This document shows positions 39,001 through 48,804 of a stretch of 64,000 nucleotides of DNA, one piece after another; the stretch's first letter is position 1; the number at the start of each line of letters is the position of its first letter. Origin of the DNA: Pavona decussata (taxonomy: Eukaryota); NCBI GenBank assembly GCA_977016875.1, contig CDRNST010000137.1, forward strand, positions 124,001 to 188,000, read 5' to 3'. Under the pieces are notes generated by a model. The model saw nothing but the letters and a program-made list of their open reading frames with translations. It searched no databases and was not told the origin of the DNA. The position numbers and the translations under genes are program-made.

Positions 39001-40873
39001 TTGTTCTTCAATACCTGATTGTTTGCGTAGTCGAAAGTTCAAGTACTGAGATTTTAAAGAATTCCGCTCTTAGGGGGGGGGGGGGGGGGGGCACTGTCAA
39101 GGGACGATTAATGCTGTGTTCTGCTGAAACGTTTGACAAATAACCTATTTTCTAACATGACATTGCTCTTAGAACACCAGGGAGACAAATATTAAGGGAT
39201 TTCGCAAAGGAAGAGCAAACTATTTTCATTGACTTCTCTAAAATACACTGGAAGAACTTGAGAAACTGGCTAATTTTTTCAAGTTGCCATTCATTTCCAT
39301 CCTAGCCATCTGCAGTGTAACATATTTAATACTAGTTTCTGCGCACTAGTAGGGTTATTTTAACAAGACTGGCTCGTTACTTTAGCGATTCAAGGGCTTC
39401 AAATACGTTTTTTCGCTATTCAAAGTGACACAAAAAATTCCTTAATGGCCAATGTAACGGTACACCAATAGTAACTGCAGTTAGTAAGAGTTAATTTAAT
39501 TTGCTGTGAAAAATTCTGCTTGCTTATAGCAGTCATTGGCCTTAAGGCCAAGTCCACAATTTTTTCGTTTCCGGAGGTTTTCACCGACGTAAAAAATGTT
39601 TTCAATTGTTTCCAAAACGATTAAAAACGCACACATTTAGACGAAAATTTTGCTGATGAGGATCTCGCGTCTTTGGTAGTGAACTGTTTAAAACAAAACA
39701 AAATCGAAATCTTAATAAACGAACACTGGTATGTATGGACGGAGTGGTAAGTCTTCAAAAGATGTTGTTGCTTACCTTTGAGGCGAGGATCCGGTGTGAC
39801 TTCCAGCCTCCGGGTATCACCTGTAACCGGAATAATTAACGAAACTGTGGACACGATTCTTTTAAGTTATACAATGATTTCCTTGTGAGAAAAAACCGCG
39901 TTATTGGTAGATCTTAAAGGAAAGCTCAGTCATTTCTTCCGCGTATAAAGTAAAAAGCCAATATGAAGACAGGGGCACCCAACGGATCGTTTAGGTAAAT
40001 TATCTGTTCGGAAGACGCTTAATCCCCTACAATTTTCTTAACGGAATTTTCACCTCGAAGGCTTCGTGATATGGGAAATTTAAGGCCTAGTGCTCTCGGA
40101 TTGATAAAAATGTCGTTTCGGGTACCGAAAAAAGGTCAACTAAGATTTTCGCAAAGGAAATAAGGCCTAAGGTTTTCGGAAAGTGGACAAAAATGCCCAA
40201 GGAATTTCGAAAGACTCGTGTAAGTTCCCCTAGAATGACCGAACTGGTAAAAATATTATAGCGCGACCTTAAATGAACCAACAGAGCTTTAAAGGCACTT
40301 CAGATAACCTAACATGTCAATAGTGTTTCAAAGGATCTGAGAGAGAAATGTCGTTGGGTCCCTCTGTTAAGTGCTCAGCTAGGACGAGAACGTAATTTCT
40401 TTCTTGAACTGTAAACCACACAAATAAAATAAACGCGTGAATAGAAGAAAAGACGACAGTGAAAATGTTTAATTTTAAACGTTCTTCCTCGAAGAGGTCA
40501 CGGATTTTAAATTTGTATCAGTTTTGAGTTTTAACAATCAACTGAAAGCGGCTTAAATTTTGGACAGTTTTGTATCCCACGACACTCTACTTCAGCTGGT
40601 AAACATTTCTAGCTTCTTATCATTTTTGAGGGATGAGAAATTATTTTGAGTTTGCATTGCACAAAAGCGATTTTAAAAAATGATCCTGATATTTCCTCTT
40701 CTGTTTATCACCAATTGTTTCTAGTTTCAAGCACTTGTTGAATTTAGTTGAACCCTGGGTAGCAGGAAATAGAACCCTCCCATGAAGCTGTTCATCTGTA
40801 AGCAGTAGAAATTCTAACCTGGGAATGAAGCAAGAGAAATCCCAGCCAACAAAAGAAGACCCAAAATCTTCAT
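8641..40873 (-). CDS. Vtg: Vitellogenin / large lipid transfer protein, 30 coding exons, about 1697 aa (whole-gene span)
   Basis: Exons 5'->3': 40819-40873, 39776-39820, 36263-36408, 35119-35415, 34158-34343, 32996-33132, 32407-32450, 31968-32062, 30103-30254, 28955-29120, 28038-28166, 26630-26821, 25559-25776, 25374-25465, 24605-24729, 23361-23480, 22620-22788, 21987-22188, 20415-20600, 19421-19568, 18576-18764, 17519-17938, 16614-16778, 15584-15841, 14664-14794, 14033-14226, 12561-12793, 10992-11129, 10307-10478, 8641-8930. All introns are GT-AG with matching phases; total 5094 nt. Motifs: signal peptide, YTYQYE..SG, ILNIKRGIL, CIGNFG, ELRMAC, SFIPR..NVFETGIRGEG, YPFCGP, VWD TFDN and CGMCGDCN. 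Confidence 0.93.
9014..9189. mobile_element. MITE family C (TIR aggccatttccg.gttgc); further copies at about 3996-4148 and 33846-34015
   Basis: Inverted termini and a shared core tcattatgaaagcgaggct in three copies. Confidence 0.75.
10307..10478 (-). CDS. Vtg: Vtg exon 29 (NRTCGMCGDCNAE)
   Basis: VWD CG(L/M)CG motif. Confidence 0.93.
10992..11129 (-). CDS. Vtg: Vtg exon 28 (VNGAIINMP...)
   Basis: VWD VNG motif; 138 nt. Confidence 0.88.
11652..12050 (-). repeat. Two tandem copies of a tRNA-derived repeat
   Basis: Minus strand has A-box-like tagctcagttgttagagc and B-box gggttcgaatccc; the unit gaaaagaaagcctga...ttcaggcttgaac occurs twice. Confidence 0.75.
12182..12433. mobile_element. MITE family B copy 1 (TIR tagagcggttttcaattgagtgtcg)
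   Basis: Inverted termini; internal ttttcccgcgct and gattgg motifs shared by four copies. Confidence 0.8.
12561..12793 (-). CDS. Vtg: Vtg exon 27, start of VWD (VCTVDYDTFKTFDN...CAHVLAKDC)
   Basis: VWD TFD and C.HVLA.DC motifs. Confidence 0.93.
14033..14226 (-). CDS. Vtg: Vtg exon 26 (LSRYQIMRN...MALSA)
   Basis: Phase 2-1, |gtgagt donor. Confidence 0.85.
14664..14794 (-). CDS. Vtg: Vtg exon 25 (SVITIKEPGRR...)
   Basis: Canonical splice sites, phase 0-2. Confidence 0.85.
14834..15107. mobile_element. MITE family B copy 2
   Basis: gagcagttttcaattgagtgtcg...cgacactcaaatgaaaaccgct. Confidence 0.8.
15584..15841 (-). CDS. Vtg: Vtg exon 24 (FGQGD...KFGEDCQQYRIQ)
   Basis: (W/F)G..C..Y.I motif; 258 nt. 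Confidence 0.88.
16255..16538. mobile_element. MITE family B copy 3 (inverted)
   Basis: tagagcggtttccaattgagtgtcg...caattgaaaaccgctcta. Confidence 0.82.
16614..16778 (-). CDS. Vtg: Vtg exon 23 (EVCYGEQILGLDVC...YPFCGP)
   Basis: C....LGL..C and YP..GP LLTP motifs. Confidence 0.88.
17519..17938 (-). CDS. Vtg: Vtg exon 22, remainder of the inserted module
   Basis: 420 nt open, phase 0-0, accag| acceptor and |gtaagt donor. Confidence 0.85.
18576..18764 (-). CDS. Vtg: Vtg exon 21, beta-trefoil-like repeat (WTLKTREGKYLSVNE)
   Basis: tgcag| acceptor, |gtaatg donor, 189 nt, phase 0-0. Confidence 0.82.
19421..19568 (-). CDS. Vtg: Vtg exon 20 (KQGYTFLMY...DLSK)
   Basis: ggcag| acceptor, |gtatat donor, phase 2-0. 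Confidence 0.8.
20415..20600 (-). CDS. Vtg: Vtg exon 19 (VLHSMWGKM...IFSTE)
   Basis: Canonical splice sites, phase 2-2. Confidence 0.85.
21987..22188 (-). CDS. Vtg: Vtg exon 18 (PSAVGIPLKF...)
   Basis: P...G.PL motif; phase 1-2. Confidence 0.9.
22620..22788 (-). CDS. Vtg: Vtg exon 17 (GSFYFKVLGKEL...)
   Basis: Y.K..G.EL motif. Confidence 0.9.
23361..23480 (-). CDS. Vtg: Vtg exon 16 (TGIRGEGIQELLKR...)
   Basis: G.R.EG motif; 120 nt, phase 0-0. Confidence 0.9.
23881..24286. mobile_element. MITE family A copy 1 (TTAA-flanked, Kolobok-like termini)
   Basis: ttaaggatggtgcct...aggcaccgttcttaa; internally homologous to the copies at 28503 and 63442. Confidence 0.85.
24605..24729 (-). CDS. Vtg: Vtg exon 15 (SSFIPRAI...NVFE)
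   Basis: SF.PR motif at the start of the open beta-sheet (DUF1943-type) region. Confidence 0.92.
24843..25049. mobile_element. MITE (TIR aatgg..ctttgcagcta...catg.tacaaaatcc.cc)
   Basis: Imperfect inverted termini of about 45 bp. Confidence 0.65.
25374..25465 (-). CDS. Vtg: Vtg exon 14 (ARTARVALKM...SKWLHWGEFS)
   Basis: Phase 2-1, canonical splice sites. Confidence 0.85.
25559..25776 (-). CDS. Vtg: Vtg exon 13 (ELRMACF...NQVRSFVVSYI)
   Basis: E.R.A and NQV.SFV.S motifs. Confidence 0.92.
26630..26821 (-). CDS. Vtg: Vtg exon 12 (LKCIGNFG...RVTAVYALR)
   Basis: LK..GN.G and R..A..ALR motifs. Confidence 0.92.
27424..27708. mobile_element. Penelope-type remnant: 218-bp palindrome with a minimal hammerhead motif
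   Basis: Arms span 27435-27652; ctgacga..gaaac core at 27554-27587; flanking 13-nt near-direct repeat caagtt(c/t)agctca. Confidence 0.7.
28038..28166 (-). CDS. Vtg: Vtg exon 11 (DLCSH...CYLTQGALMHEYC)
   Basis: L..G.L...YC motif; 129 nt. Confidence 0.9.
28370..28480 (-). mobile_element. Internally deleted tRNA-derived SINE fragment
   Basis: Minus strand begins gcagggatggtgcagtggtgagagcact (A box); no B box. Confidence 0.55.
28503..28903. mobile_element. MITE family A copy 2 (opposite orientation)
   Basis: Perfect TIR ttaaggacggtgcctacta / tagtaggcaccgtccttaa. Confidence 0.9.
28955..29120 (-). CDS. Vtg: Vtg exon 10 (LWLLEALPFV...EIS)
   Basis: W.L.ALP motif; phase 2-0. Confidence 0.9.
30103..30254 (-). 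CDS. Vtg: Vtg exon 9, helical domain (IEEMIEFL...FTALVEMLR)
   Basis: F..LV..LR motif; canonical splice sites. Confidence 0.9.
30977..31807. mobile_element. pogo/Tigger-like non-autonomous element
   Basis: TA|cagtcgaacctgtatataacggcc ... ggccgttttatacaggttcaactg|TA; subterminal tattaagcggcc repeats. Confidence 0.85.
31968..32062 (-). CDS. Vtg: Vtg exon 8 (VSDTPHKLEM...MVTK)
   Basis: Phase 1-0; an alternative in-frame acceptor lies 6 nt upstream (32068). Confidence 0.8.
32407..32450 (-). CDS. Vtg: Vtg exon 7 (QFLKFKEVKAGSES)
   Basis: ttcag| acceptor, |gtaagt donor; phase 2-1 bridges the neighbouring exons. Confidence 0.8.
32996..33132 (-). CDS. Vtg: Vtg exon 6 (PLKISFSTSC...YVFAP...)
   Basis: cacag| acceptor, |gtatgt donor, phase 0-2. 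Confidence 0.85.
34158..34343 (-). CDS. Vtg: Vtg exon 5 (YGSHGLCENLY...LNNC...DE)
   Basis: G.C...Y and K..NL.NC motifs of LPD-N. Confidence 0.9.
34492..34734. mobile_element. MITE family D (TIR ggccc.gttgttc.aaagc); second copy at about 16913-17147
   Basis: Inverted termini; shared attaagctaatcc.gg.ttaacg. Confidence 0.75.
35119..35415 (-). CDS. Vtg: Vtg exon 4 (IRNPQLFEVNG...ILNIKRGILAILH...NWE)
   Basis: Conserved LLTP NIKRGIL motif; 297 nt, phase 0-0. Confidence 0.93.
36263..36408 (-). CDS. Vtg: Vtg exon 3, start of LPD-N (YKPLNTYTYQYEACLTSGFP...AYLK)
   Basis: Typical vitellogenin N-terminal motif; poly-T/AG acceptor, GT donor. Confidence 0.9.
36429..39450. repeat. Tandem duplication of a ~1.5-kb segment in Vtg intron 2
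   Basis: Unit 1 about 36429-37907, unit 2 about 37934-39450; collinear blocks such as ttggactctcgta, ccttcgctaaatacgataaaacctg and agaacaccagggagacaaatattaagggatttcg. Confidence 0.9.
39776..39820 (-). CDS. Vtg: Vtg exon 2 (GDTRRLEVTPDPRLKG)
   Basis: ttacag| acceptor, |gtaagc donor, 45 nt, phase 1-1. Confidence 0.75.
39970..40366. mobile_element. MITE in Vtg intron 1
   Basis: caggggcacccaacg ... cgttgggtccctctg inverted termini. Confidence 0.55.
40819..40873 (-). CDS. Vtg: Vtg exon 1, signal peptide MKILGLLLLAGISLASFP
   Basis: ATG at 40873 in context acaagATG, hydrophobic core, donor ccag|gttaga; phase 1 matches the next exon. Confidence 0.85.
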
Positions 40874-40930
40874 CTTGTTAGGTGCTAGCTATCCTCCAAC
40901 CAGTGGAGCACTTGGCCGATGTGTCCGAGC

Positions 40931-40937
40931 TTTTATG
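40931..40937 (-). promoter_or_regulatory. Candidate TATA-like box (CATAAAA) of the vitellogenin gene
   Basis: About 60 nt upstream of the ATG, compatible with a short 5' UTR; supported by position only. Confidence 0.4.
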
Positions 40938-43900
40938 GAAGAGCGGGAGTTACTGAAATTACATCTGACGTTTGAATTACTCGGAAACAAAAGGTCGCTT
41001 TCTGATAAAATTAGAACAAACGGGCTACAGGCCAAAACATACATTAGTTATCAGAAATTCTCATGTTACTTCAAGGACGTGTTACTAAACCATCGGAAAA
41101 AGAGTCTCTTCTTACAGCGCCGATACCCAATACGGGCAATCCCTGGATATATGTACCTCGTTAGGCAAAGGAGATGATCAAATGCCCCACTAGAAATATG
41201 GCCAATTCTTCGCTAGACAATGCTGATAATAATCCATATTTTTAATACACGACACACAAGGTCATAGAGAAGTGCTCCATCTCAGTATTCATCCGAATAA
41301 CGTTTGTTTATCTTGCCATCTCTTTGTCGGTTATCCCTTTGAACCAATTGGTTTGGCCGATGAGCCACCGAGATCGTCAACTTCCCCATATAAGATACTG
41401 ATTAATTAATGCCCTCGGGGCTGCACTGCCTTACCCGATTGGGGAATCCACTTACACTGAGCTCACGTTTCTTTGGGTCGGCCGATCACAATCTTTGGAC
41501 TCAGAAGGAACACTGTGCTTTATTCTCACAAGATTTTTTAATCTGTTAAACTTGATATTTGTTCGATAACACTTGACCTAAATAATCCAATGCATTAATT
41601 CAGAAGATTCTTTGTTCTTTTTCTTGAAATTTTACAAATAAACACGTTAGTCGTATGTCGTAAATACTTTCGTGTCTTTCCTAAAAGTGGATTTTGTATT
41701 ACAAAACGTGTTTCGCCAATCCGGATCCCTGCTTTCATGAATAGCCCCCTTTTCTAAACATGCAAACCTCAATCGCTTGAAAATGAAATTCGCGTTGCAT
41801 TAGGCTAAAGCAAAATTTGCCCAGTTTAATACAAGCCACGTACTGTGTTAAAAATTGAAATTTCTGATTTAATTTTGTTTCTTTGGTTGCGTGTCTGTGT
41901 TTTTAAAAACGGAAGCGAGATAGTTTTAGAGCTTCCTGCATTTTTGTTCACCTTTCTGGGCCACTAATTTCCAGATATTTTGTTTCGTTGATTATCATTG
42001 ATATTCTCCTGCTCTCCTACGTTAATGCCAAGGTTATCATTGCCAAGGACAATAGTCCTTGATGCTTTCAAGAATAACAACACTCAGGGCTTGGGCTCGT
42101 GTAACACTAAAATAAAGCCTTGCAAAACAATTAGGACAACATGTAGTTGGTTGAAGAAAACAAACAAACAGAATAGAAAGAAAATAGTGCAAATGCTTGG
42201 AGCCTGTATATCAAATCCCTCTCAGAATGACCCGCGTCTTTATTTCTCTTCCGGTGCTAATGAAATATAACATTATCTAGTTAATTACTTCCAATCTTTG
42301 GACCAAGGTATTTAAATTAAATTCTAAAAAATACAACATTGTTCAATGTTCAGATGGTTTTGTTTTATAAGCTTTTCCGGGTCAAGTTTGATTAGGTTAC
42401 GACTGACTTTGTTCGTGGCCAAAGTACACTTTTATAACTTGTTCCTTTGTTTATTGAGCAGCAATAGGACGTGACATAAGCTTTTAATTAATGGGCCAAG
42501 TTCGCTGAGTTGAATTTTTATAACGAGTATAGCAGCTTGATTTTCATTACACGCTAATCGTACCATTTAGCTGAATCTTTGAACTTGATAGTCTGTGGTG
42601 GGTTTATTTTTGCTAGCGCTAGGTAAACAGCGATTCATAGCTGAGTGAGAAAAGGTGATTAGTGTTTCCATTTGCTTTCCCCAAAGGGCTCCGCTTTGTA
42701 TCAAACCATTTGAGTCTAAAGTAAACAGGTGTTTGAAATGCCGACATCCCATGGTACTTTTGTTGAATTAATCTCCCAAGTTAAAACCAGCCAAAAATCG
42801 CAAACTTCGTTTGGCGAAATGTGCACTGACCTTGGAAAGATTTCCAGTCAATATAGGCTAATTTGCAGATCAGATAACGTGAATTTGTGTAAATCTATTT
42901 TGAAAGCGAGATATGACGGACAATTTACAAAATGTACTGCTCAGCAGTTTTCATTTGCGTGAATGGTCAAACTTTAGGATTATATCCCCCAACTCAAACA
43001 ATGAATCCGCTTAACAAGTATAAAAAAGATCCTAATGGGATTTCAAGCTGGATTTCGACGATTGCGGTATCTTTCCTCCGAACTTTCCCATCATTTGGAA
43101 TCTGCTACGAGACATTAGAAGGAAAAGAGCCAGATTAAGTGTTAAATGTTTTCCAAGCACTTCTAGAAGAAAGTTGGATTGGAAACGCAATGGACTGTGC
43201 TTAAAGAGGCGTCTTTATTAAGCAGAAATATCTGTCATTTTATTACCTCTTTACTCTAAAACTTAGTACAGTAAACAGACTAAATGCAACTGCACGAATC
43301 TTCAATAATATTGATGAAAAGGAAGCTACTGGCCTGCGAGCAAGAGACAGCGGGGCCACAGAACACTTCTTGTTCCGAAAGGGCGTGAACACATCTTGGA
43401 ACAAACGTGTTGAGAATTTGGCCTCTGTAACTTAACGCATTATTCAAATTGTATATGAAAGGCCAAAAGCTTCGAGACAGCTTCTATGCTAGTTTGTTGA
43501 TCTTGTAATATTGAAAATGGCGATTCAGTTTGCAGGTCCTTGCCCTCACATGGAACGACAGCGCGTCCTCAAATGGTCAGTACACGACGCCAAGGCGCTA
43601 AACTCGTGAGCATGGCTCACTGTAGACAAACAGTTGGATTTACCTTCTGTTAACTAAATTTTAGCGATTTGCGTGCTTGAAAATAGTAATTTAGGGAAGA
43701 AAGCTTTGTCTCGTTACACTGAGAATGCAAAAGATATCGTGCTTAGAGAAATCAGTCAAAAGAAAGTAGCTTTTGTCTCAGCTAAATTTGTAATGGAAAA
43801 CTCTGCTTTCCTTCTTTCCACTCGAAGGCGAAGATTGAAGATTCATGAAGTCCCGGCTTCGTTTTCGCTACCATGTTAGCCGCCTAGTGTCCTCAGAAGA

Positions 43901-45429
43901 GACCTGTTACAAGAATAACATCGACACAACAATTAGTAGTTCGACATTCAAACTTTGATGCAAGATATTTTAGATTCACCGAGAAAAGGATTCATTATAG
44001 TTTATTCATAACAATCAGCTTTCTAAGAGCAAGAACAAGACAGTGTAAACCGGCGGAAATGGTCAATATAACCAAGTAATTTGACGGGCCATAAGCAAGT
44101 AAATCAGTACAACGAAACAAAATTCACCAACCTTCGTAGAATGCCTCGTCCGAAGCGCGTTTGTGGAAGAAAATAAGCCAATAAATATGTTAAACGCAAG
44201 AGCTGTTTTCGGGCTGAAATTATATCTTGAACGCGGAATGTGTAAGGATTAAGGGCCGTGCGAACCAGGGGCCACGTACCTGTATCAAAAATGTATCAAA
44301 ACTGTATTATGCCTATTAAAATTGACTGGAATTGGTTAGCCTTGTGACCTACGAATCCGCTTAACAGGGGCTACAAATGTGTAGTATTCGCGGGTCGCTG
44401 AGCCCATGAATACACGTCTCGGTTAACACTGAAGAGGCGTTCACTTAAGAGGCTAAAAATGCAGGATTAACTACTGAGACCATCATGATCGAGCATCTGC
44501 CTGCAGGAAATTAGAGGTTGGTTGGTTAGGAGAGGCGTTCACTGTTAGTATTTTGACGTGTTTCTGTTTAGCTTGGACTAATACCGAAGCCCTGTCCATA
44601 CGCATCCATGTCAATCGTTGTAATTTTAAAACAATTCTTTTTACACGGTTAGGCCTTCCGTTGACATGGAAACGATAAAAATTATTGTAAACGGAAAGAC
44701 GTTTTTCTAAGGCATTTTCGAGAGAGAGATTAAGAGATTTTCGAAAACGGAGAGTCATGCCTTCCGTCCACACACAGGCGATTGAAAACCGAGTTTAGAC
44801 AAAAATGGATCCAAAATGAGTATCTGTGAACAATACTTCGATCGGTGCGCGAAGAGTGTGCGATAATGGAACGGGTAAAAAAATGAAATGTTTACGAGCT
44901 CAAGATGCTGGGATCCTTGTCCATTTGTGTAGGTGCGACTGACTTTTTATTTATTACTTGAAGCGCTTCTATTTAAAATAATATCTAAACATATAGATAC
45001 AGGTTAAAGAAAAATAAGAAACAAAGACAGCCGAGATCACAGGACACAGCAAAGCTCTGCCGAGTGATATCCCAGTTGCACTTTGCACCAGTTCTTATAT
45101 GTTGATCCTCAATAAATTGTAAACAACAACAAACCTTTGAAGTTTAGTTTAGTTTAACGCATTCGCCACAACAATTTCAACGATAATAAGAGATAATAAC
45201 AAAATTAAACAAATAGCAAATAAATCAAAAGTAAGAGGGAGAAGTTGGGGGGGGGGGGGGCAGGAGAAAGAGACAGAACTTTCGTCTCAATTGTGACCTA
45301 AGTCCCTCTAGGTAAGACAATCTACAAATTACAAATAGTAGAAGAAGACACAATAGACAATTAAAAAGAATCACAATTAAGGAAACGGAGGACTGTAGGT
45401 TTCTCGTTTTGACAGATAAAACTGGAGAA

Positions 45430-45570
45430 AACTAGTTTTAAACGTAGTTAACGAATTGTTAGTCGGATTTAAGTCTGATGGCAAAGAGTTCTGTCGTTCA
45501 GCAGACCAGTAATAGAAAATGATTTTCTATAGTAATCTTGATTGTGTTCATCAATTAGATTATAATTAAT
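45430..45570 (-). mobile_element. Degenerate CR1/L2-type LINE ORF2 3' end
   Basis: Frameshifted YYRKSFS...NSLPSDL...SLTTFK resembles the C-terminus of CR1/L2 ORF2. Confidence 0.45.
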
Positions 45571-45792
45571 AAACAATTGAATGACTCAGAGTGATGTTCG
45601 TTTGTTTGTCCTTGTTAAGCAATTTGGACAAGCCGTTAGGAACGTCACTTATCTTCAGCCCAGATGGCCACAAGTTACTAATTTGAACTAACCACCAACA
45701 GCGAGCTGTTATCTCACAATTATGCTGATGCGCGTTTTAGCTGAATATTATGGTAGTTTTTGGAAATACCGCTGGCTTTGGGTGGCCGCGAT

Positions 45793-46347
45793 TACAGCGG
45801 TTACCAACAACACGCGACCTATCGCCTTCAAAAGACTCCGATAAAGTTGCGTTTAGGTGGACGTCAATCAAAGAAAAGCCGTTGAAATTAATTTGAATTC
45901 TGAGAGCATTTCAAGGCAACAGAACGAAGAAATTGACAGTTTTATCCGCTGACGGATGGTAAACTTTATGAAAGTTGATTTCCAAGACAGACTATCTGAA
46001 AAATGCGCATTGTTTCGACGAAGCCGTATTTTTTTTATGAAAATTTGAAATCGCCACACCTGACAATTAAATCAGCGATGCGTGCAAATGAGCAAATTAT
46101 CACGTGCAGTGAAAATCGAAATTTTTAAAACATTTTATTTGCGCTTGATCTGGCTGGAGAATCAATTTAAATAAAGTTTACCTTCTCTAAGCGAGGTAAA
46201 ATTCTTAGTTTCTTGCAGGGTTACCTTGGAATCTTGTCAGAATTCAAAATAATTTCAACGGCTTTTCTTTGATTGACGTCCACCAAAACGCAACTTTATC
46301 GGACTCTTTTGAATGCCGTAGGTCGCGTGTTATTGGTAACCGCTGTA
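45793..46347. mobile_element. TA-flanked MITE with ~120-bp TIRs
   Basis: TA|cagcggttaccaa...ttggtaaccgctg|TA; arms at about 45795-45915 and 46225-46345. Confidence 0.88.
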
Positions 46348-47827
46348 AGAAAAATAAAAAAGTAAAGCGTGAAGTCAATGCCTCGATATATTTGACAAAA
46401 GCATACTCAATACTAACAAGAGATTAGCTAGATCTCTCGAGCTTTCCCAATCCACCGAGTTTTGTTTTCAGCATTTGAAGACAAAAAGGGGCTTTTTTTC
46501 TGTTCTCGTATAAAATAAGGGTAAACGAGTGTTACGTTACGTTGCTTTTGGTTTTCAATTCCCCCAAACTTATTGAAATGTTTTCTATTTCGGTTAGAAA
46601 ATAATCCATGGAAAAATTTAGTGTGTTTCAAGTGTCATACATACGGCTTTAAACCCCAAAATAATTTGGCAAACGAACAAAAGTCTCTATTCGGGACGAA
46701 TAAAACATGACACGAAACGGAAATGAAACTCAAGCACATAAGTACCAGAAATAGTGAGTACAAGGTATTTGTACAAATGCCGGACTAAATCTGCTGGAAA
46801 TTGAGGTCCCTCTAACAAATCCCGAGGACCTTTTAGCCTAGGGGCCGACCTGGGGTGTCACAGTTACGTAGGACCAAAAAGGAAGAAGAGTGCCCAACTT
46901 TCTTGAGTCAGCTCAGTTCTTAAAAGCATAGAAAAGTTGCTGCTCCAGGAAACAGTATTAAGTTTACCGAATTTTGGGCTGACACGACCGAGCATTTGCA
47001 ATTGCAGACATTGCTGTCAGGGAACGAGCGAGCCTGGTTCTGAGTTAGGACAATAAGAGGTCAAAGATTCGTTTAAAGATCCTCGTTGATCGAACGAGGG
47101 TAAAAATAATTCGGTCCCATCGGCTGTTTAGCCATTTCTATCAGGGCCAAAGCATTTAATTCTGAAAAATAACTGATCGCCAACTAAAAATAAAATAAAT
47201 CCGGTCGAGTGTTACTAGAGAAGCTGGTCACAGTGACCACCAGAAAACAACGTCTGAGTACACCACAGCCACCGCTCGCGGCGAGCACCAGGTTAAACTC
47301 TGAATCTGTTGCTATTGGCTGCGTTTACTGGCGTAGTTTATCTAGCTCGCCTCTAGACTACCAAAGCTAGAAAGGTACTGCTATGCGGATGTGAAGCTAG
47401 TAATACTCGTTTAACCGGTTTTCCTGGTCACTACGCGTTCAGTATAAGTACTGCTGGCAAAGCTTGAGGTTTTATCAGGACAAGAGAATGCGAATCTTTT
47501 TTTTTTTTTTAACCGAAATTTAAGTTTCACGCATTAATCAATTCACATTTAAAAAATTTAGTGTAAATTACCTATCGCTATGTACAACTCTCTAACTCAT
47601 CTTACTCCAAGTTTTCATTACAGGCCCAAGGAATAATCATTTTCTGCTTGTAACAACCAATGGCGGTTACTGTTATCTTGAAGTCACGCGTACAAATAGT
47701 AATATTAAGTTGTTAGGCCTTATCTTTTTGTCACATTCCAGCGACGTCTAATGCAAGTCAAGTTACACATTAAGGCTATTCCCAATCCCCTCTCAAAGTA
47801 AAGTGTATTATTTTCGTTAGTGTTATC

Positions 47828-48111
47828 AGAGAGGTTTTCAATTGAGTGTCGAAAGTAATTTCGCGTAAGCTTTGGTTTTGCATTGCTACGCTCTGTGATT
47901 GGTTAATGAAACTCGGCCACTTTCTCAACCAGTGGGAATCCAATCCAAAACCAATCGTGTTTTGCCCGCACGTGTTTTCCCGCGCTTGGCGCCATTTACA
48001 TATATTTGCTTCGAATTCTGATTGGATCATTGTATTGTTTAGATCTGCTGGGATTGGCCAGAGTAATAACTTTGGTTTTGGTTTTACGACTTTCAATGGG
48101 AAACCGGTCTA
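47828..48111. mobile_element. MITE family B copy 4
   Basis: Same TIR and internal sequence as the other family B copies. Confidence 0.8.
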
Positions 48112-48331
48112 TTGAAACGAGTTAGTTATTTTTGGTCTAAATTAATGCTGTTTTTGCTAGAGTTAGCGTGAGCAATGCTATCATGTTGTTGTAAGGTATC
48201 TTGTACAAGGATTCATTCCCCCCTGAAATAGTTCGTTCCCTTCAAAGGTAGCGCAATGTTTTTCGATGTTTTAATAGCGCTGGGAACTGAAAACGCTATT
48301 ATATTTAAGGTTGCCACTCTTAGCAGTCGAT

Positions 48332-48804
48332 TTACCCTCTTAAGGCTCTAATGCCATTGTTCCCTCGCTCAAATCTGCTAATTCTGTCCTTAATCCACGG
48401 CGTCAACACCGTTAAATTAGCATAGACACCGTATTTGTTCGGCAAAGCACATTGTTCACCCCACGAAACTAATCCAGCCGCGTAATGGCGTCCGCACTTC
48501 GTACAGACCAGCGGACCACCACTGTCGTATTCACACGCATCAATTCCTCCCTCGGGATATCCCGCGCACATTGCAGTGTCATGAATGGTTCCGTTGTACG
48601 ACTTTTCCAGGTTACACACTTCGCGTGACACAACTCTAACTATAGTCTCACGTAGTATGTCTGGTTGGGTACCATTCCACTGAGTATGGCCCCAGCCCGC
48701 CACATAGCACTCCTCATTTGGCGCGAAAACGTCATCTGGACGAGGCAAGCACAGCGGCTGGACGTAATCAGTGAACACAAGTGGTTTGTCGAGCTTGAGA
48801 ATGG
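48332..48804 (-). CDS. Protease last exon: Ser195
   Basis: [26 protein letters not shown]; TAA at 48332. Confidence 0.94.
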
